Source: an uncultured Gemmatimonadaceae bacterium (GTDB taxonomy: Bacteria > Gemmatimonadota > Gemmatimonadetes > Gemmatimonadales > Gemmatimonadaceae). Taken from it: a DNA stretch of 64,000 nt. Below are positions 1-10,621 of the stretch, in pieces. The DNA is taken from positions 352,001 to 416,000 of the forward strand of contig CAWFQK010000002.1 of assembly GCA_963817955.1 (NCBI GenBank), in the 5' to 3' direction. Position 1 is the stretch's first letter. Every line of letters starts with the position of its first letter. A program made the position numbers and the translations under genes. The notes beneath the pieces were generated by a model that was not told where the DNA came from, ran no database searches, and was given only the letters and a program-made list of their open reading frames with translations.

Positions 1-1009
1 CCCACACGGTGGCCCACACCAATGCGTTGCCCCGAGGCGTCTTCACGAGCAGGTATCGATCACCGGCCCATCCGGCCGCGGCGCGAATGGACTGATCCTG
101 ATCGCCAGTGTGCCGATAGATGAACAACCGCGTGCCGAACTCGCCGAAGTCGTTCTGATCTAAGGTGCCCGGCACGCTCGGCAACTGCACGACGTCTGGT
201 ACGACACGCTTCTTCCCGAAGAAGGCATCGTTGTGCATGACCTGCTCCGTCGAGACCGGCAAGTCGTAGAGCGGAAACTTCTTCGGTTCGCGCGCCTTGA
301 AGCGCCGCACGAAGTCGGAGCCGTTGATGTATGGAAAGAGCAGTGTCTCCTGAATCACCATGGGCGCCGACGAAAAGACGGGCTGCGTCTGCTGCGCCTC
401 GCGGATCGTCGACCGCATGTTCTCCCAGCCCCCAGGCATTTGCGCCGCCAGGTTGCCGGATCCGCCGGCCATGATGTAAGCCTGCTCGTACGTCGCTTGC
501 CCTTCGATCACCGCCTGCACGGCAGCCGCACGGTCATCGTCGCCGGAGATGTGCTCCAGCGAATCGAGATTCACGTATTGGTCCTGCAACGCGTGCACCA
601 GCTCGTGCATGATCGTGATCCCGACGTACTCCTCGGGCGCGCCGTTGACCACGTACAACACCTTTGTCTTCGGGTCGTAGTACCCAATGATCTGCTCCGT
701 CAACACCTTCACGAAGAAATCGGCGAGATGCATGGTGTCCGGCAGCATGCCCAGGAGCTTGTACGTCGCCTCCTGATTGGCCATCTGCTTCTGAATTTCC
801 GGCTCGCGCAACTTCTGCAGCAGGAATTCGCGGACTTGGTCGCGAGATCGCAGCTCGATCTTCGGCGGCGTCTTGTATTTCACCCCGAGGGCGTTCTCGA
901 TCAGCGGAAGGTCAGCGGCGACTTTATCGGCGTAGGGGCCATCGCCGACGTTGGCGCGCGCGCGACACCCGATCACAGCAAGCGATAACAACAGGATCAA
1001 GCGTCTCAT
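1..1009 (-). CDS. Predicted lipoprotein with HEXXH zinc-metallopeptidase motif (partial, runs off window start)
   Basis: Not in ORF track. Translated by hand from ATG 1009 (ATGA overlap with upstream stop): MRRLILLLSLAVIGC (lipobox-like)...GYYDPKTKVLYVV...IMHELVHALQDQ...AVIEGQAT. Confidence 0.8.
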   Translation of the reverse strand, partial: MRRLILLLSLAVIGCRARANVGDGPYADKVAADLPLIENALGVKYKTPPKIELRSRDQVREFLLQKLREPEIQKQMANQEATYKLLGMLPDTMHLADFFVKVLTEQIIGYYDPKTKVLYVVNGAPEEYVGITIMHELVHALQDQYVNLDSLEHISGDDDRAAAVQAVIEGQATYEQAYIMAGGSGNLAAQMPGGWENMRSTIREAQQTQPVFSSAPMVIQETLLFPYINGSDFVRRFKAREPKKFPLYDLPVSTEQVMHNDAFFGKKRVVPDVVQLPSVPGTLDQNDFGEFGTRLFIYRHTGDQDQSIRAAAGWAGDRYLLVKTPRGNALVWATVW

Positions 1010-2169
1010 TGCGTAGCGTCTTCCTCCCAGGTGACCACGGTACCAGCCATCAAGCCCACAACGCGCGCCACGTCATGCCCACGCACCACGATGCCCTCCT
1101 CCATGAGCTGGCGGGTGAGCTCAGCCTCAACCGCTGCGAGCGTCACCGGAGCCGCCTCGAGCGGATCGACACTGGGCTCCGTTCGTTCTCCCCCCACTAC
1201 AGGTGCCGGCCCCGGGGCGGGCAAGCCGACGAACAGTGCTTCCAACTCGGCACCAAATCGCTCGAGGGCGTTCGGTCGTTCCGCCCGCGATACCTCGCGC
1301 TCCTGTCTTGCCTGGTCGCGCTCCACCCTGGCCTCTTGCCGGAGGGCCGCGAGCCGCTGACGGATCATGACTTCAGTACGCGGCGAATACTCCGTTCCCG
1401 CCTGCATATGCGCGCACGCTTCATCGAGCGCGTCGATAGCCTTGTCCGGACGCATGCGGTCGGTCACGTACTGGTCCGTGAGCTTGACTGACGCGCGGAG
1501 CGCCTCGTCAGAGATGAGCACGTTATGATGCCGCTCCAGGCGCTCCTTCCGGGCGTGTAGGATCTCCAGGGTCTCCAACTCGCCAAGCTCGCGCACAACG
1601 ACTTTCTGAAACCGGCGCTCGAGCGCCGGATCGCCTTCCACCCAACGTTCGTACTCGCCGCTGGTCGTGGCGCCGATCACGCGAAAGTCGCCGCGCACGA
1701 GCGCCGGTTTGAGCATGTTCGCAGCGTCCATGGCGGCGCCGATCGCGGTTCCCTGTCCGATCAGGTTGTGGAGCTCGTCGACGAACAGGATGACGTCGGG
1801 AGCAGCAGTGGTTTCGGCGACGAGCGTGCGGATGCGCTCTTCGTATTGGCCGCGATAGGTGGTGCCGGCGAGCAGCGACACATGGTCAAGCGACAGCAGC
1901 CGGACGTCGCGCAACGTCAATGGTACGGCCTGGCGCGCGATGCGCTGCGCCAGCCCCTCGGCAATCGCCGTCTTCCCCACACCGGCAGGTCCAACCAGCG
2001 TCGGGTTGTTCTTGCCATGGCGCAGCAGGATGTCGATGACGCGTGAGACTTCCTGATCGCGGCAGCGGACCGGTTCCAGTCGGCCGGCGCGGGCATCCGC
2101 GGTCAAGTCACGCGTGAAGCGAGCAAGCGCGCCGCCGGACCCTTCATTTCTCAGGTAATCACCAATCAC
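1006..2169 (-). CDS. ClpA/ClpB-family AAA+ protein with only the first nucleotide-binding domain
   Basis: KNNPTLVGPAGVGKT (Walker A), ILFVDELH (Walker B), GTTYRGQYEER pore loop, DPALERRF, PDKAIDALDEA. Start placed at GTG 2169 to avoid overlap with pilD. Confidence 0.8.
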   Translation of the reverse strand: MIGDYLRNEGSGGALARFTRDLTADARAGRLEPVRCRDQEVSRVIDILLRHGKNNPTLVGPAGVGKTAIAEGLAQRIARQAVPLTLRDVRLLSLDHVSLLAGTTYRGQYEERIRTLVAETTAAPDVILFVDELHNLIGQGTAIGAAMDAANMLKPALVRGDFRVIGATTSGEYERWVEGDPALERRFQKVVVRELGELETLEILHARKERLERHHNVLISDEALRASVKLTDQYVTDRMRPDKAIDALDEACAHMQAGTEYSPRTEVMIRQRLAALRQEARVERDQARQEREVSRAERPNALERFGAELEALFVGLPAPGPAPVVGGERTEPSVDPLEAAPVTLAAVEAELTRQLMEEGIVVRGHDVARVVGLMAGTVVTWEEDATQ

Positions 2170-2183
2170 GGGACACGGATCGC

Positions 2184-3038
2184 CTACGCCCGCGTCAGCC
2201 ACGCGAGCAGTGCATCTCCCCAAAACAATGTTAGCAGCGCAGCGGGCGCAAGGAATACGCCGAACGGCACGAGCGGTGTTTCGAACGGCGCGGAACCGAG
2301 CGCGAGCTCCGTCTGCTCGCGTGCCTGTCCACGACGAACGAGTGTCACGGGAATGACGACACCGGCAAACGCTACCGCACCGAGCGTCGCGCCCAGAAAA
2401 ACGGTGATCAGCGCACGAGTCGGTCCCAGTGCCGCGCCAATGAACGCCATCAGTGTGACGTCACCGAGCCCCATCGCTTCACGTTTCGTTACGACCTCGC
2501 CTAGCCAGCCGACAATCGCGATCATTCCCGCGCCGGCGCACGCCCCTACGAGGGCGTCGTACGGCGTGGCGAACAACAGAGTTTCGCCTCGAAAGAACGC
2601 GACCACGGATGTGACGAGCGCAAAGGACAGCCCGAACAACGTGAATCCGTCGGGGATGAGGTAGTGCCTGGCGTCGGTGATCGCGACTCCGAGCAGGATA
2701 GTGCCGAACACCGCCACCCGCAGTGCGGTGAGCGTGACGCCGAAGTGGCGCACTGCCAGGAGCCATCCGCACGCCACCACGAGTTCGACGATCGGGTACA
2801 TCGCCGAGATGGGTTCGTCGCAGCACCGGCAGCGCGCGCGCAGCACCATCCAACTCAGAATCGGTACGTTCTCGAACCAGGCGAGTTGGTTGCCACATTG
2901 CGGACAGCGTGACCGCGGGCGGAGAATCGACCGCTCGAGCGGCCAGCGCACGATGCAGACGTTGAGGAACGAGCCGAAGCACGCGCCGAGGATGAAGGCG
3001 TACACTTGGCCGAGCATGGGTGCGCTAGGACTGTTCAC
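2184..3038 (-). CDS. pilD: Prepilin peptidase/N-methyltransferase (A24)
   Basis: GSFLNVCIVRWP, RSRCPQC...RCRCC zinc motif, AMGLGDV, VPFGVFL. Confidence 0.92.
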   Translation of the reverse strand: MNSPSAPMLGQVYAFILGACFGSFLNVCIVRWPLERSILRPRSRCPQCGNQLAWFENVPILSWMVLRARCRCCDEPISAMYPIVELVVACGWLLAVRHFGVTLTALRVAVFGTILLGVAITDARHYLIPDGFTLFGLSFALVTSVVAFFRGETLLFATPYDALVGACAGAGMIAIVGWLGEVVTKREAMGLGDVTLMAFIGAALGPTRALITVFLGATLGAVAFAGVVIPVTLVRRGQAREQTELALGSAPFETPLVPFGVFLAPAALLTLFWGDALLAWLTRA

Positions 3039-3793
3039 CGACGAAGCTCATAGAGGAGAATTCCAGTCGCGACGGCCACATTGAGCGATTCCACCGTCGC
3101 GGCAATCGACAGCGCGACGAAACGTTCCGCGCGCGACCGAGAGGCCGACGAGAGTCCACTTCCTTCATTCCCTACGATCAGCGCGAGCCGAGCCGGCGGT
3201 TCGAGCTCATCAACGGCCTCACCAGTCGCGTCCGCGGCCCAAACGTGAACCGCCCGCTCGACACGGAACGCATCGAGCTCGTCCCAGGTACCAGTGATGC
3301 AGGGATGATGGAAGTGCGCCCCCATCCCGCTACGGACGACTTTGGCGTTCCATAGGTCAACGGTTCCCGGAAGGGAAAAAGTTGCCGTGGCCCCAAGGGC
3401 GGCTGCAGTACGGAGGATCGTCCCGACGTTGCCGGGATCCTGCACCGCATCGAGCACGAGCAAACGCATCGAATCGGCCGGCGGGGTGTCGGCGAGACCC
3501 CGACCAGGCACAACTCCAATGACCAGAACGCCTTGGGGTGATTCCGTTTCCGCGACTGCGTCGAATTCTTTCAGTCCGATCTCCTCGACCGGAAGGTCCC
3601 GCTGGCTGAGCTGTTGCATAAGGGCTCGGCCGCGGGGAGTACCTTGCAGTTGGGGGCTGATGAGCGCACCACGAACGGCGGTCGACGAGCGCAGGAGCTC
3701 CTCGGCGGTGCGGATACCTTCGGCGACGAATAGTCCCTCTCGCTCGCGCGCCTTCCGGCGCCGCAGATCGCGAGCCAAGGTGAGCAATTTCAT
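3035..3793 (-). CDS. TrmH/SpoU-family RNA methyltransferase
   Basis: LDAVQDPGNVGTILRTA, GNEGSGL, ESLNVAVA SPOUT motifs. Confidence 0.92.
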   Translation of the reverse strand: MKLLTLARDLRRRKAREREGLFVAEGIRTAEELLRSSTAVRGALISPQLQGTPRGRALMQQLSQRDLPVEEIGLKEFDAVAETESPQGVLVIGVVPGRGLADTPPADSMRLLVLDAVQDPGNVGTILRTAAALGATATFSLPGTVDLWNAKVVRSGMGAHFHHPCITGTWDELDAFRVERAVHVWAADATGEAVDELEPPARLALIVGNEGSGLSSASRSRAERFVALSIAATVESLNVAVATGILLYELRR

Positions 3794-3885
3794 GTCGCGT
3801 AGGATTGAGGCGGCAAACGGATTGTAGGAGTCGGAAAGTGTCTTGCTTTTGTGCCGGCGAATTTCACGATCGAGGATTTCTAGCT

Positions 3886-4701
3886 ATGAGACGATTTGTT
3901 GCCTGCGCGGCAATGGCCGCGGTGGTGGGGGTGTCTGGCGCGTGCGGCATCTCGCAGCAGCAGGAAGTGCAAATCGGCGCCGACCAGGCGCAGCAGGTCA
4001 ATCGACAGTTGCCGATCATCCAGGATCCAGCAGTCAACCGGTATCTCAACGTGCTAGGAGACTCGCTGGCTCGCGTGACCTCACGTGCCGATCTCAATTG
4101 GCACTTCTACATGGTGAACACCAACGACTTCAACGCGTTCGCCCTGCCGGGCGGATACGTGTACGTGAATCGCGGGGTGGCTGAACGCTCCGATCGAATG
4201 GACCAGTTCGCGTCCGTGCTCGCGCACGAGATCGGCCACGTGGTGCTGCGCCACTCCGTGAAGCAGATGGAGCAGATGCAGGGCGCCAACCTCGGCGTGA
4301 CCGTCGCGTGCGTCCTGACCAGTATCTGCAACAGCGGTCTGGGCCAGGCAGGCATCAACGTGGCAGGACAGGCGGTCTTCGCCAAGTTCAGCCGCGACGA
4401 CGAAGCGCAAGCCGACGCGGCGGGAGTCCAGGAGCTCGTCCGCGCCGGCATCAACCCAAACGGTATGCCGGAGATGTTTCGAAAGTTGCTCGCCGAGCGG
4501 CAGTCTCGCCCGTCGGGACTCGAGACCTGGTTCACAGATCACCCTCTCGAGGAAGACCGGATCACGGCGGCAAAGAACGAGATCGCCGCGATCAACCCAT
4601 CGGTGATTCGCACGCTGACCTCCGACACGCGCCAGTTCCAGGATTTCAAGGCGCGAGTGCGGTCGCTACCGCCTCCACCGCGGACGGCTGCGGCCCGCTG
4701 A
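3886..4701 (+). CDS. M48-family metallopeptidase, lipoprotein
   Basis: Signal/lipobox VSGAC, NAFALPGG, AHEIGH, FSRDDEAQAD, FTDHP. Confidence 0.9.
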   Translation: MRRFVACAAMAAVVGVSGACGISQQQEVQIGADQAQQVNRQLPIIQDPAVNRYLNVLGDSLARVTSRADLNWHFYMVNTNDFNAFALPGGYVYVNRGVAERSDRMDQFASVLAHEIGHVVLRHSVKQMEQMQGANLGVTVACVLTSICNSGLGQAGINVAGQAVFAKFSRDDEAQADAAGVQELVRAGINPNGMPEMFRKLLAERQSRPSGLETWFTDHPLEEDRITAAKNEIAAINPSVIRTLTSDTRQFQDFKARVRSLPPPPRTAAAR

Positions 4702-4726
4702 CCGGAGGCCGGCGCGAGCGCGCGCG

Positions 4727-5551
4727 TCAGAGGCCGGCCACCACGCCCGTGACGAGCGCCTTGAACTGCCTGGCAGCCTGAGCGGTGGTCTCCAGCACCT
4801 CGGCGTGCGTGATCGGAGTGTTGGATAATCCGCACGCCAGATTCGTGATGCAGCTGAATCCGGCTACTCGCATACCGATCGCCCGTGCGACGATGACTTC
4901 GGGAATCGTCGACATGCCGACGGCATCGGCGCCGAGCATCGTGAGCATGCGCACCTCCGCCTGTGTCTCGTAGGCGGGACCCAGCAGGCCGGCGTACACA
5001 CCCTCGCGGAGACCAATGCCCTGTTCGCGCGCCACGCGCCGCGCGAGATCGGCGAGACCGGCGTCGTATGGGCCGGACATATCGGGGAATCGAATGTCTC
5101 CCTGCTCCACGGGGCCGACGAGTGGATTGCGGAACATCATGTTGATGTGATCGCGGATCAGCATCAGATCACCTGGCTGCCACAACCGGTTCACGCCGCC
5201 AGCGGCATTCGATACGATGAACGTCCGCGCACCGAGCGCGTGCGCCACGCGAGCCGGGAAGGCCGCCAGACGCGCGTCGTGCCCCTCATACATATGAAAA
5301 CGCCCCGCCAGCGCGACCACGAACTTTCCCGCGAGCGTGCCGGCGATCAGCGCGCCGGCGTGCCCAGCCACGGTCGCCGTAGGAAAACCAGGAATCTCGC
5401 GGAATGGAATCGTCGCCACGGCGTCAATATCGGCAGCAAGTCCACCGAGGCCGGAGCCGAGCACGATCGCGGCGTCTGGCACGCAGCCACCAAGATGGGG
5501 ACGCACGGCATCGCCCGCGACACGCGCCTGTTCCATGCCGAATGGTGTCAT
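4727..5551 (-). CDS. punA: Purine-nucleoside phosphorylase (trimeric type)
   Basis: IVLGSGLG, GRFHMYEG, SNAAGG, GPAYET, DAVGMST. ATG 5551 overlaps add stop. Confidence 0.92.
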   Translation of the reverse strand: MTPFGMEQARVAGDAVRPHLGGCVPDAAIVLGSGLGGLAADIDAVATIPFREIPGFPTATVAGHAGALIAGTLAGKFVVALAGRFHMYEGHDARLAAFPARVAHALGARTFIVSNAAGGVNRLWQPGDLMLIRDHINMMFRNPLVGPVEQGDIRFPDMSGPYDAGLADLARRVAREQGIGLREGVYAGLLGPAYETQAEVRMLTMLGADAVGMSTIPEVIVARAIGMRVAGFSCITNLACGLSNTPITHAEVLETTAQAARQFKALVTGVVAGL

Positions 5552-6594
5552 GCGGCTTCGCTCCCCCGCAGCTGCCCGATTTCGGAACGGGCCTGAGCGA
5601 TCAGGCGTTCGCGCGTTTCCCATGGCAGGAAGGCGCTCGCAAATCCATTGATGGCGATCTGCGACAGCTCATCGAACGTGAAGCCCAGCGCTCGCGCGGC
5701 ATGCAGATATTCATCGGTGAGCGTGGTACCGCTCATCAGGCGGTTGTCGGTGTTGAGCACGACATTCATGCCACGGTCGAAGTAGCTCCGCAGCGGATGA
5801 TTGTCGTACGACTCCACGGCGTGCGTTTGTACGTTGCTCGTCAGACAGATCTCGAGCGCGATGCGGCGGTCATTCACGTACTGCGACAGCGACTCGTCCT
5901 CGAACAGCCGCGTGGCGTGACCAATGCGGTTGACGCCGCACACGTGCACGGCTTCGCGCACGTAGGACGCGTCGGCCCCTTCGCCGGCGTGACAGGTACA
6001 CGCCAGGTCGTGTTCGCGGGCATAGGCAAACGCCGCCGCATGCGTCAATGCCGGGTTCCCGAGCTCGCCCCCAGCCAGATCGAACCCAACGACGCCGCGA
6101 TGCCGGTATCCCACGGCGAGGCGCGCCAGCTCCATGGAGATTTCCGGCGTCATGTGGCGCAGCCCGCAAATGATCACACGTGCCATCGTGCCGCCGGCCT
6201 GCTCGGCGCGCTCGAGCCCGCGCAAGGGCGCTTCGACCGCCTCGCCGAGAGACAGCCCGCGGTGCACATTGAGGATCGGTGCGTAGCGCACTTCGAGGTA
6301 CCGCACGCCGTCGCGCGCCGCGTCCAACGACAACTCGTACGCAATCCGCTCGAGCGCATCGGCGGTCTGCATCACGGACAAGGTGATGTCGAAGCGCGCG
6401 AGATAGTCATCGAGATTGCGCGCATCGTCCACCCGCATGAATTCGCGAAGGGCGTCCACATCCTCCCGCGGCATGCGCTGGTGGTATTCGCGCCCCAGCT
6501 CGATGAGCGTTTCCGGGCGCACGGAGCCATCGAGGTGACAGTGCAGCTCTGCTTTCGGCAACCGCCGGAGCAGCTCGGAGTGAATGATCGTCAT
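5548..6594 (-). CDS. add: Adenosine deaminase
   Basis: LPKAELHCHLDGS, GFDLAG, CHAGE, RIGH, EICLTSN, NTDN. Confidence 0.95.
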   Translation of the reverse strand: MTIIHSELLRRLPKAELHCHLDGSVRPETLIELGREYHQRMPREDVDALREFMRVDDARNLDDYLARFDITLSVMQTADALERIAYELSLDAARDGVRYLEVRYAPILNVHRGLSLGEAVEAPLRGLERAEQAGGTMARVIICGLRHMTPEISMELARLAVGYRHRGVVGFDLAGGELGNPALTHAAAFAYAREHDLACTCHAGEGADASYVREAVHVCGVNRIGHATRLFEDESLSQYVNDRRIALEICLTSNVQTHAVESYDNHPLRSYFDRGMNVVLNTDNRLMSGTTLTDEYLHAARALGFTFDELSQIAINGFASAFLPWETRERLIAQARSEIGQLRGSEAA

Positions 6595-6761
6595 TACGGA
6601 AGGGTAGGAAGGCGGCCGGCGGCCGCCGCGTGCATGTATCGCATGACGCAAAGCTAGCGGTATGTCACCTGCCGATACCAGATTGTGACAGTGTCATCGC
6701 TTCTATTCCCATCGCATCTCCGGCACCTTTCCCCGCAGCTGAGTCAACCATTGGTGATTCG

Positions 6762-7393
<632 letters not shown>

Positions 7394-7397
<4 letters not shown>

Positions 7398-8116
7398 GCG
7401 CACCGTCCGCGGTCACTGGCGAGCGCATCCTCGTCGTCGACGACGAAGCGGACATCGTTGCACTCGTTGCGTACCATCTCGTGAAAGCAGGGTATCGCGT
7501 CTCCACCGCGTCTACCGGGCCAGACGCGCTCGCCGCCGCACGACAGGAGCGTCCGGCGCTCATCGTCCTCGATCTCATGCTCCCCGGCGCGTCGGGATAC
7601 GAGGTGATCGAGCAGCTTCGCGCCGCACCAGCCACGCGCGACATCGCGGTCCTCATGCTCACGGCCCGCCGTGAAGAGCAGGACCGCATTCAGGGCCTGG
7701 CGCTCGGTGCCGACGACTACCTCACCAAGCCGTTCAGTCCGCAGGAGCTCGTCCTGCGCGTCGGCGCCATTCTGCGACGCGTCAGTGCCGGCGGCGGCGG
7801 TCCAAGCGGCGTCCTGACCATCGGTCCAATCACCATCGATCGTGCCGAGCATCAGGTGTTCGTCGACGGAGATCCGGTCGAGCTCACGCCAACCGAGTTC
7901 AAGCTACTGCTCACCCTCGCCGAACGCCGGGGACGTGTGCAAGGGCGCGCGCACCTCCTCGAAACCGTTTGGGAGGCGGCGCCAGATATTCAGACTCGGA
8001 CGGTCGACATGCACGTGCAGCGCCTGCGCACCAAACTCGGCGAGGCAGGCGACGTGATCGAAACGGTGCGCGGTTTCGGCTACCGAATCAAGAGCGGTCA
8101 CTCGCGCAGCGCGTGA
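7394..8116 (+). CDS. OmpR/PhoB-family response regulator (PhoB-like)
   Basis: REC domain (VVDDE, LDLMLP, GADDYLTKPF) plus winged helix (TRTVDMHVQRLRTKL, ETVRGFGY). Confidence 0.92.
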
Positions 8117-9831
8117 CACTCGCCAAGCGGTTGCTCCTCGGCTCGCTCGTGTTGGTGCTGGCACTCGTGACGGGGGTCGTTCTCATCGCCGGCAGCAGGT
8201 TGCAGAACCGGTTGGCCGAGGAAACCCGACGCGAGCTCGAGCGCGAAGCGCGGCTCGTGGCGATCACGTGGCGTGCCCCCTTGAACGCGGACTCCCTGGC
8301 CGACGCCGCGGGCGCGGCGCTGGGCCGCCGCGTCACACTCATCGACACCACCGGCACCGTGGTGGGGGACTCGGAATTCGACGGGCAAGAACTGCACAAT
8401 CTGCAGAATCACTCGACGCGCCCGGAGGTAATGGCAGCGAAAGCCACTGGCGTGGGAACATCCACGCGTGCCAGTGCATCCGAGGGTGACGCTGAGATCT
8501 ACCTTGCGATCAAACATCCCCTTGGCGTCGTGCGCGTGTCGGTGCCGACAACCAAGTTCCGCGAAATAGTCAGCGGTGCCCAGCACGACGTGCTCGTGGC
8601 CGGGCTCATCGGGCTCGTGGGCGCCCTTGTGATCGGGTCGGCGGTCTCGCGCACTATCTCACGGCCGATTATCGAGCTTCGAGATGTGGCCCAGGCCATT
8701 GCGGCCGGCCGGCTCGATCGCCGGCCAACGTTGTCGGCGCCCGGCGAAGTCGGCGACCTTGCGGTGGCCCTGCACCGCATGACGGAGCAGCTGGCGGCAC
8801 GCCTGTCGGCTCTCGAATCGGAAGACGCGTTGCTCAATGCAGTGATCGAATCGCTCGATGAAGGAATCGTCGCGATCGGTCCGCGCGGCGAGGTGGTGCG
8901 TCTCAACCAGAGCGCGCGACGTTTACTCGCACTCGGCGGCGTCCCTCCATTCTCCGCGGACCTGCTCCCGCAAGAACGTGTCATTCGCGAGGCGGTTCGC
9001 CGCGCTATGAACGGCAACGCAACCGAACCCACCGAACTGCCCCTGGGCGAGCGCACGCTGCTGATCAGCGCGCGTGCACTGCCCGACGGTGGCGCGGTCC
9101 TCGCCGTGATGGACCTGACGACGCGGCGGCGCCTCGAGACGATTCGGCGAGATTTCGTGGCGAACGTCTCGCACGAACTGAAAACGCCGCTCACCGTGAT
9201 CAGCGGTTTCGCCGAGACACTGCGCGATCGCGACGTGCCGGACGAAGACCGCCAGCGCTTTCTGGCAACGATCGAAGCAAATACGCGGCGCATGCAGCGC
9301 ATCGTCGACGATTTGCTGGATCTTTCGCGCTACGAGTCCGGAGGTTGGCGGCCGCACGTCGTCTCGAACGACCTCGCGAGCATCGTCACAGACGTATTCA
9401 CCAGCGTGCGACGCGCCGCCGATGCAAAGGGACTCGTGCTCGTGTTCGACGCCCCCCCTGATGCACGCCGCGTCGACGCCGACCCAACGGCTCTACGCCA
9501 GGTCCTGGCCAATCTCGTCGAGAACGCGGTGCGTCACACGGTGCACGGCGGCGTCACCGTTCGCGCCGACGCTCCGTCGCAAGGCGGCACGACGATCCAG
9601 GTGGCCGACACCGGCCGTGGGATTCCCCTGGAGCACCTCGGCCGCATCTTCGAACGCTTCTACCGGGCGGACGCCGCGCGTTCGCGCGATGAAGGAGGCA
9701 CCGGGCTCGGTCTGTCGATCGTGCGGCATCTGGTGGATGCGCATGGCGGCTCGGTCCGTGCGGACAGCACCGTCGGCCACGGCACAACGATTACCGTCCA
9801 TTTCCCCGCACATTCCGTTACGTCGGCATGA
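8113..9831 (+). CDS. Sensor histidine kinase (PhoR-like; HAMP, PAS, HisKA, HATPase)
   Basis: RRDFVANVSHELKTPLT, NHSTRPEV periplasmic motif, FERFYRAD, GGTGLGLSIV. GTGA overlap with regulator. Confidence 0.9.
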   Translation: MTLAKRLLLGSLVLVLALVTGVVLIAGSRLQNRLAEETRRELEREARLVAITWRAPLNADSLADAAGAALGRRVTLIDTTGTVVGDSEFDGQELHNLQNHSTRPEVMAAKATGVGTSTRASASEGDAEIYLAIKHPLGVVRVSVPTTKFREIVSGAQHDVLVAGLIGLVGALVIGSAVSRTISRPIIELRDVAQAIAAGRLDRRPTLSAPGEVGDLAVALHRMTEQLAARLSALESEDALLNAVIESLDEGIVAIGPRGEVVRLNQSARRLLALGGVPPFSADLLPQERVIREAVRRAMNGNATEPTELPLGERTLLISARALPDGGAVLAVMDLTTRRRLETIRRDFVANVSHELKTPLTVISGFAETLRDRDVPDEDRQRFLATIEANTRRMQRIVDDLLDLSRYESGGWRPHVVSNDLASIVTDVFTSVRRAADAKGLVLVFDAPPDARRVDADPTALRQVLANLVENAVRHTVHGGVTVRADAPSQGGTTIQVADTGRGIPLEHLGRIFERFYRADAARSRDEGGTGLGLSIVRHLVDAHGGSVRADSTVGHGTTITVHFPAHSVTSA

Positions 9832-9878
9832 CGCGCCTGCGGGAACCGAACCGGCCCGATCTGAGTCCGTCGGCTGGG

Positions 9879-10400
9879 TCAGCCGAAGACGATAGGGAGC
9901 GCAGTAAGCACGGCAATGAGTTGGCCGATCAGGACGTCGCCGGGGTAGTGGACGCCGAGGCAAACCCGCGACAACCCCACCAGTACGGCCAGCGGTACGA
10001 GCACCGGTGCAAGGTGTGGGAATGCCGCGGCATAGACGAAGGCCACGGACATTGCCGCGGCAGAGTGCCCGGACGGAAATGAGAATCTGTCCGGCTCCTT
10101 GACCAGCGCGGCGCAGCCGACGCCGTTCGACGGTCGCGGACGGCCTACCGTGCGCTTGACGAATTGTACGATGAGGTGTGAAAGGACGAGCGTGGCAAGT
10201 GCCTGGCGCGCCGCTATGTGAAGGCTTCCGTGCATACTGAGCGGGAGCGCCGCGGCGGCGACGCTGCAGGACACGCCTCCCAAGTGGGTCAGGATCGTGC
10301 AGAAGATCCGAACCTTGCGCGAGGCACGTTCGAGGACAGTCCAGCGCGTGAACAGGGCGCGGTCGCGTGCGTCGAGGCGGGTCAGGAGCATGCCGACCAT
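9879..10400 (-). CDS. PAP2-family phosphatase
   Basis: KRTVGRPRP, SFPSGH, SRVCLGVHYPGDV. AGGAGG upstream of ATG 10400. Confidence 0.9.
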   Translation of the reverse strand: MVGMLLTRLDARDRALFTRWTVLERASRKVRIFCTILTHLGGVSCSVAAAALPLSMHGSLHIAARQALATLVLSHLIVQFVKRTVGRPRPSNGVGCAALVKEPDRFSFPSGHSAAAMSVAFVYAAAFPHLAPVLVPLAVLVGLSRVCLGVHYPGDVLIGQLIAVLTALPIVFG

Positions 10401-10621
10401 GATGCCTCCTACGGCAGACAGAAGATGCAATCCACGAGAACAAGGATTGCGTCGCCGTGTCAGGGCTTTGGGACGAAGCCGTGCCAATCGCGTAACACCG
10501 CTGGCTCGGGAGTCATGGCCGCGAGCGTAGCAGCCGGTGCCAAATCGTGACGCGGCCTAAGTCTGAACGTGATGGCCGCGAGCGAGCCTTTGCCGATCCG
10601 TCGTCCACCGCCCAAGGATCA

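Noticed and set aside
233..988. 251-aa plus-strand ORF in the track
   Set aside because: Antisense shadow of the minus-strand HEXXH lipoprotein, which has recognisable motifs and operon coupling.
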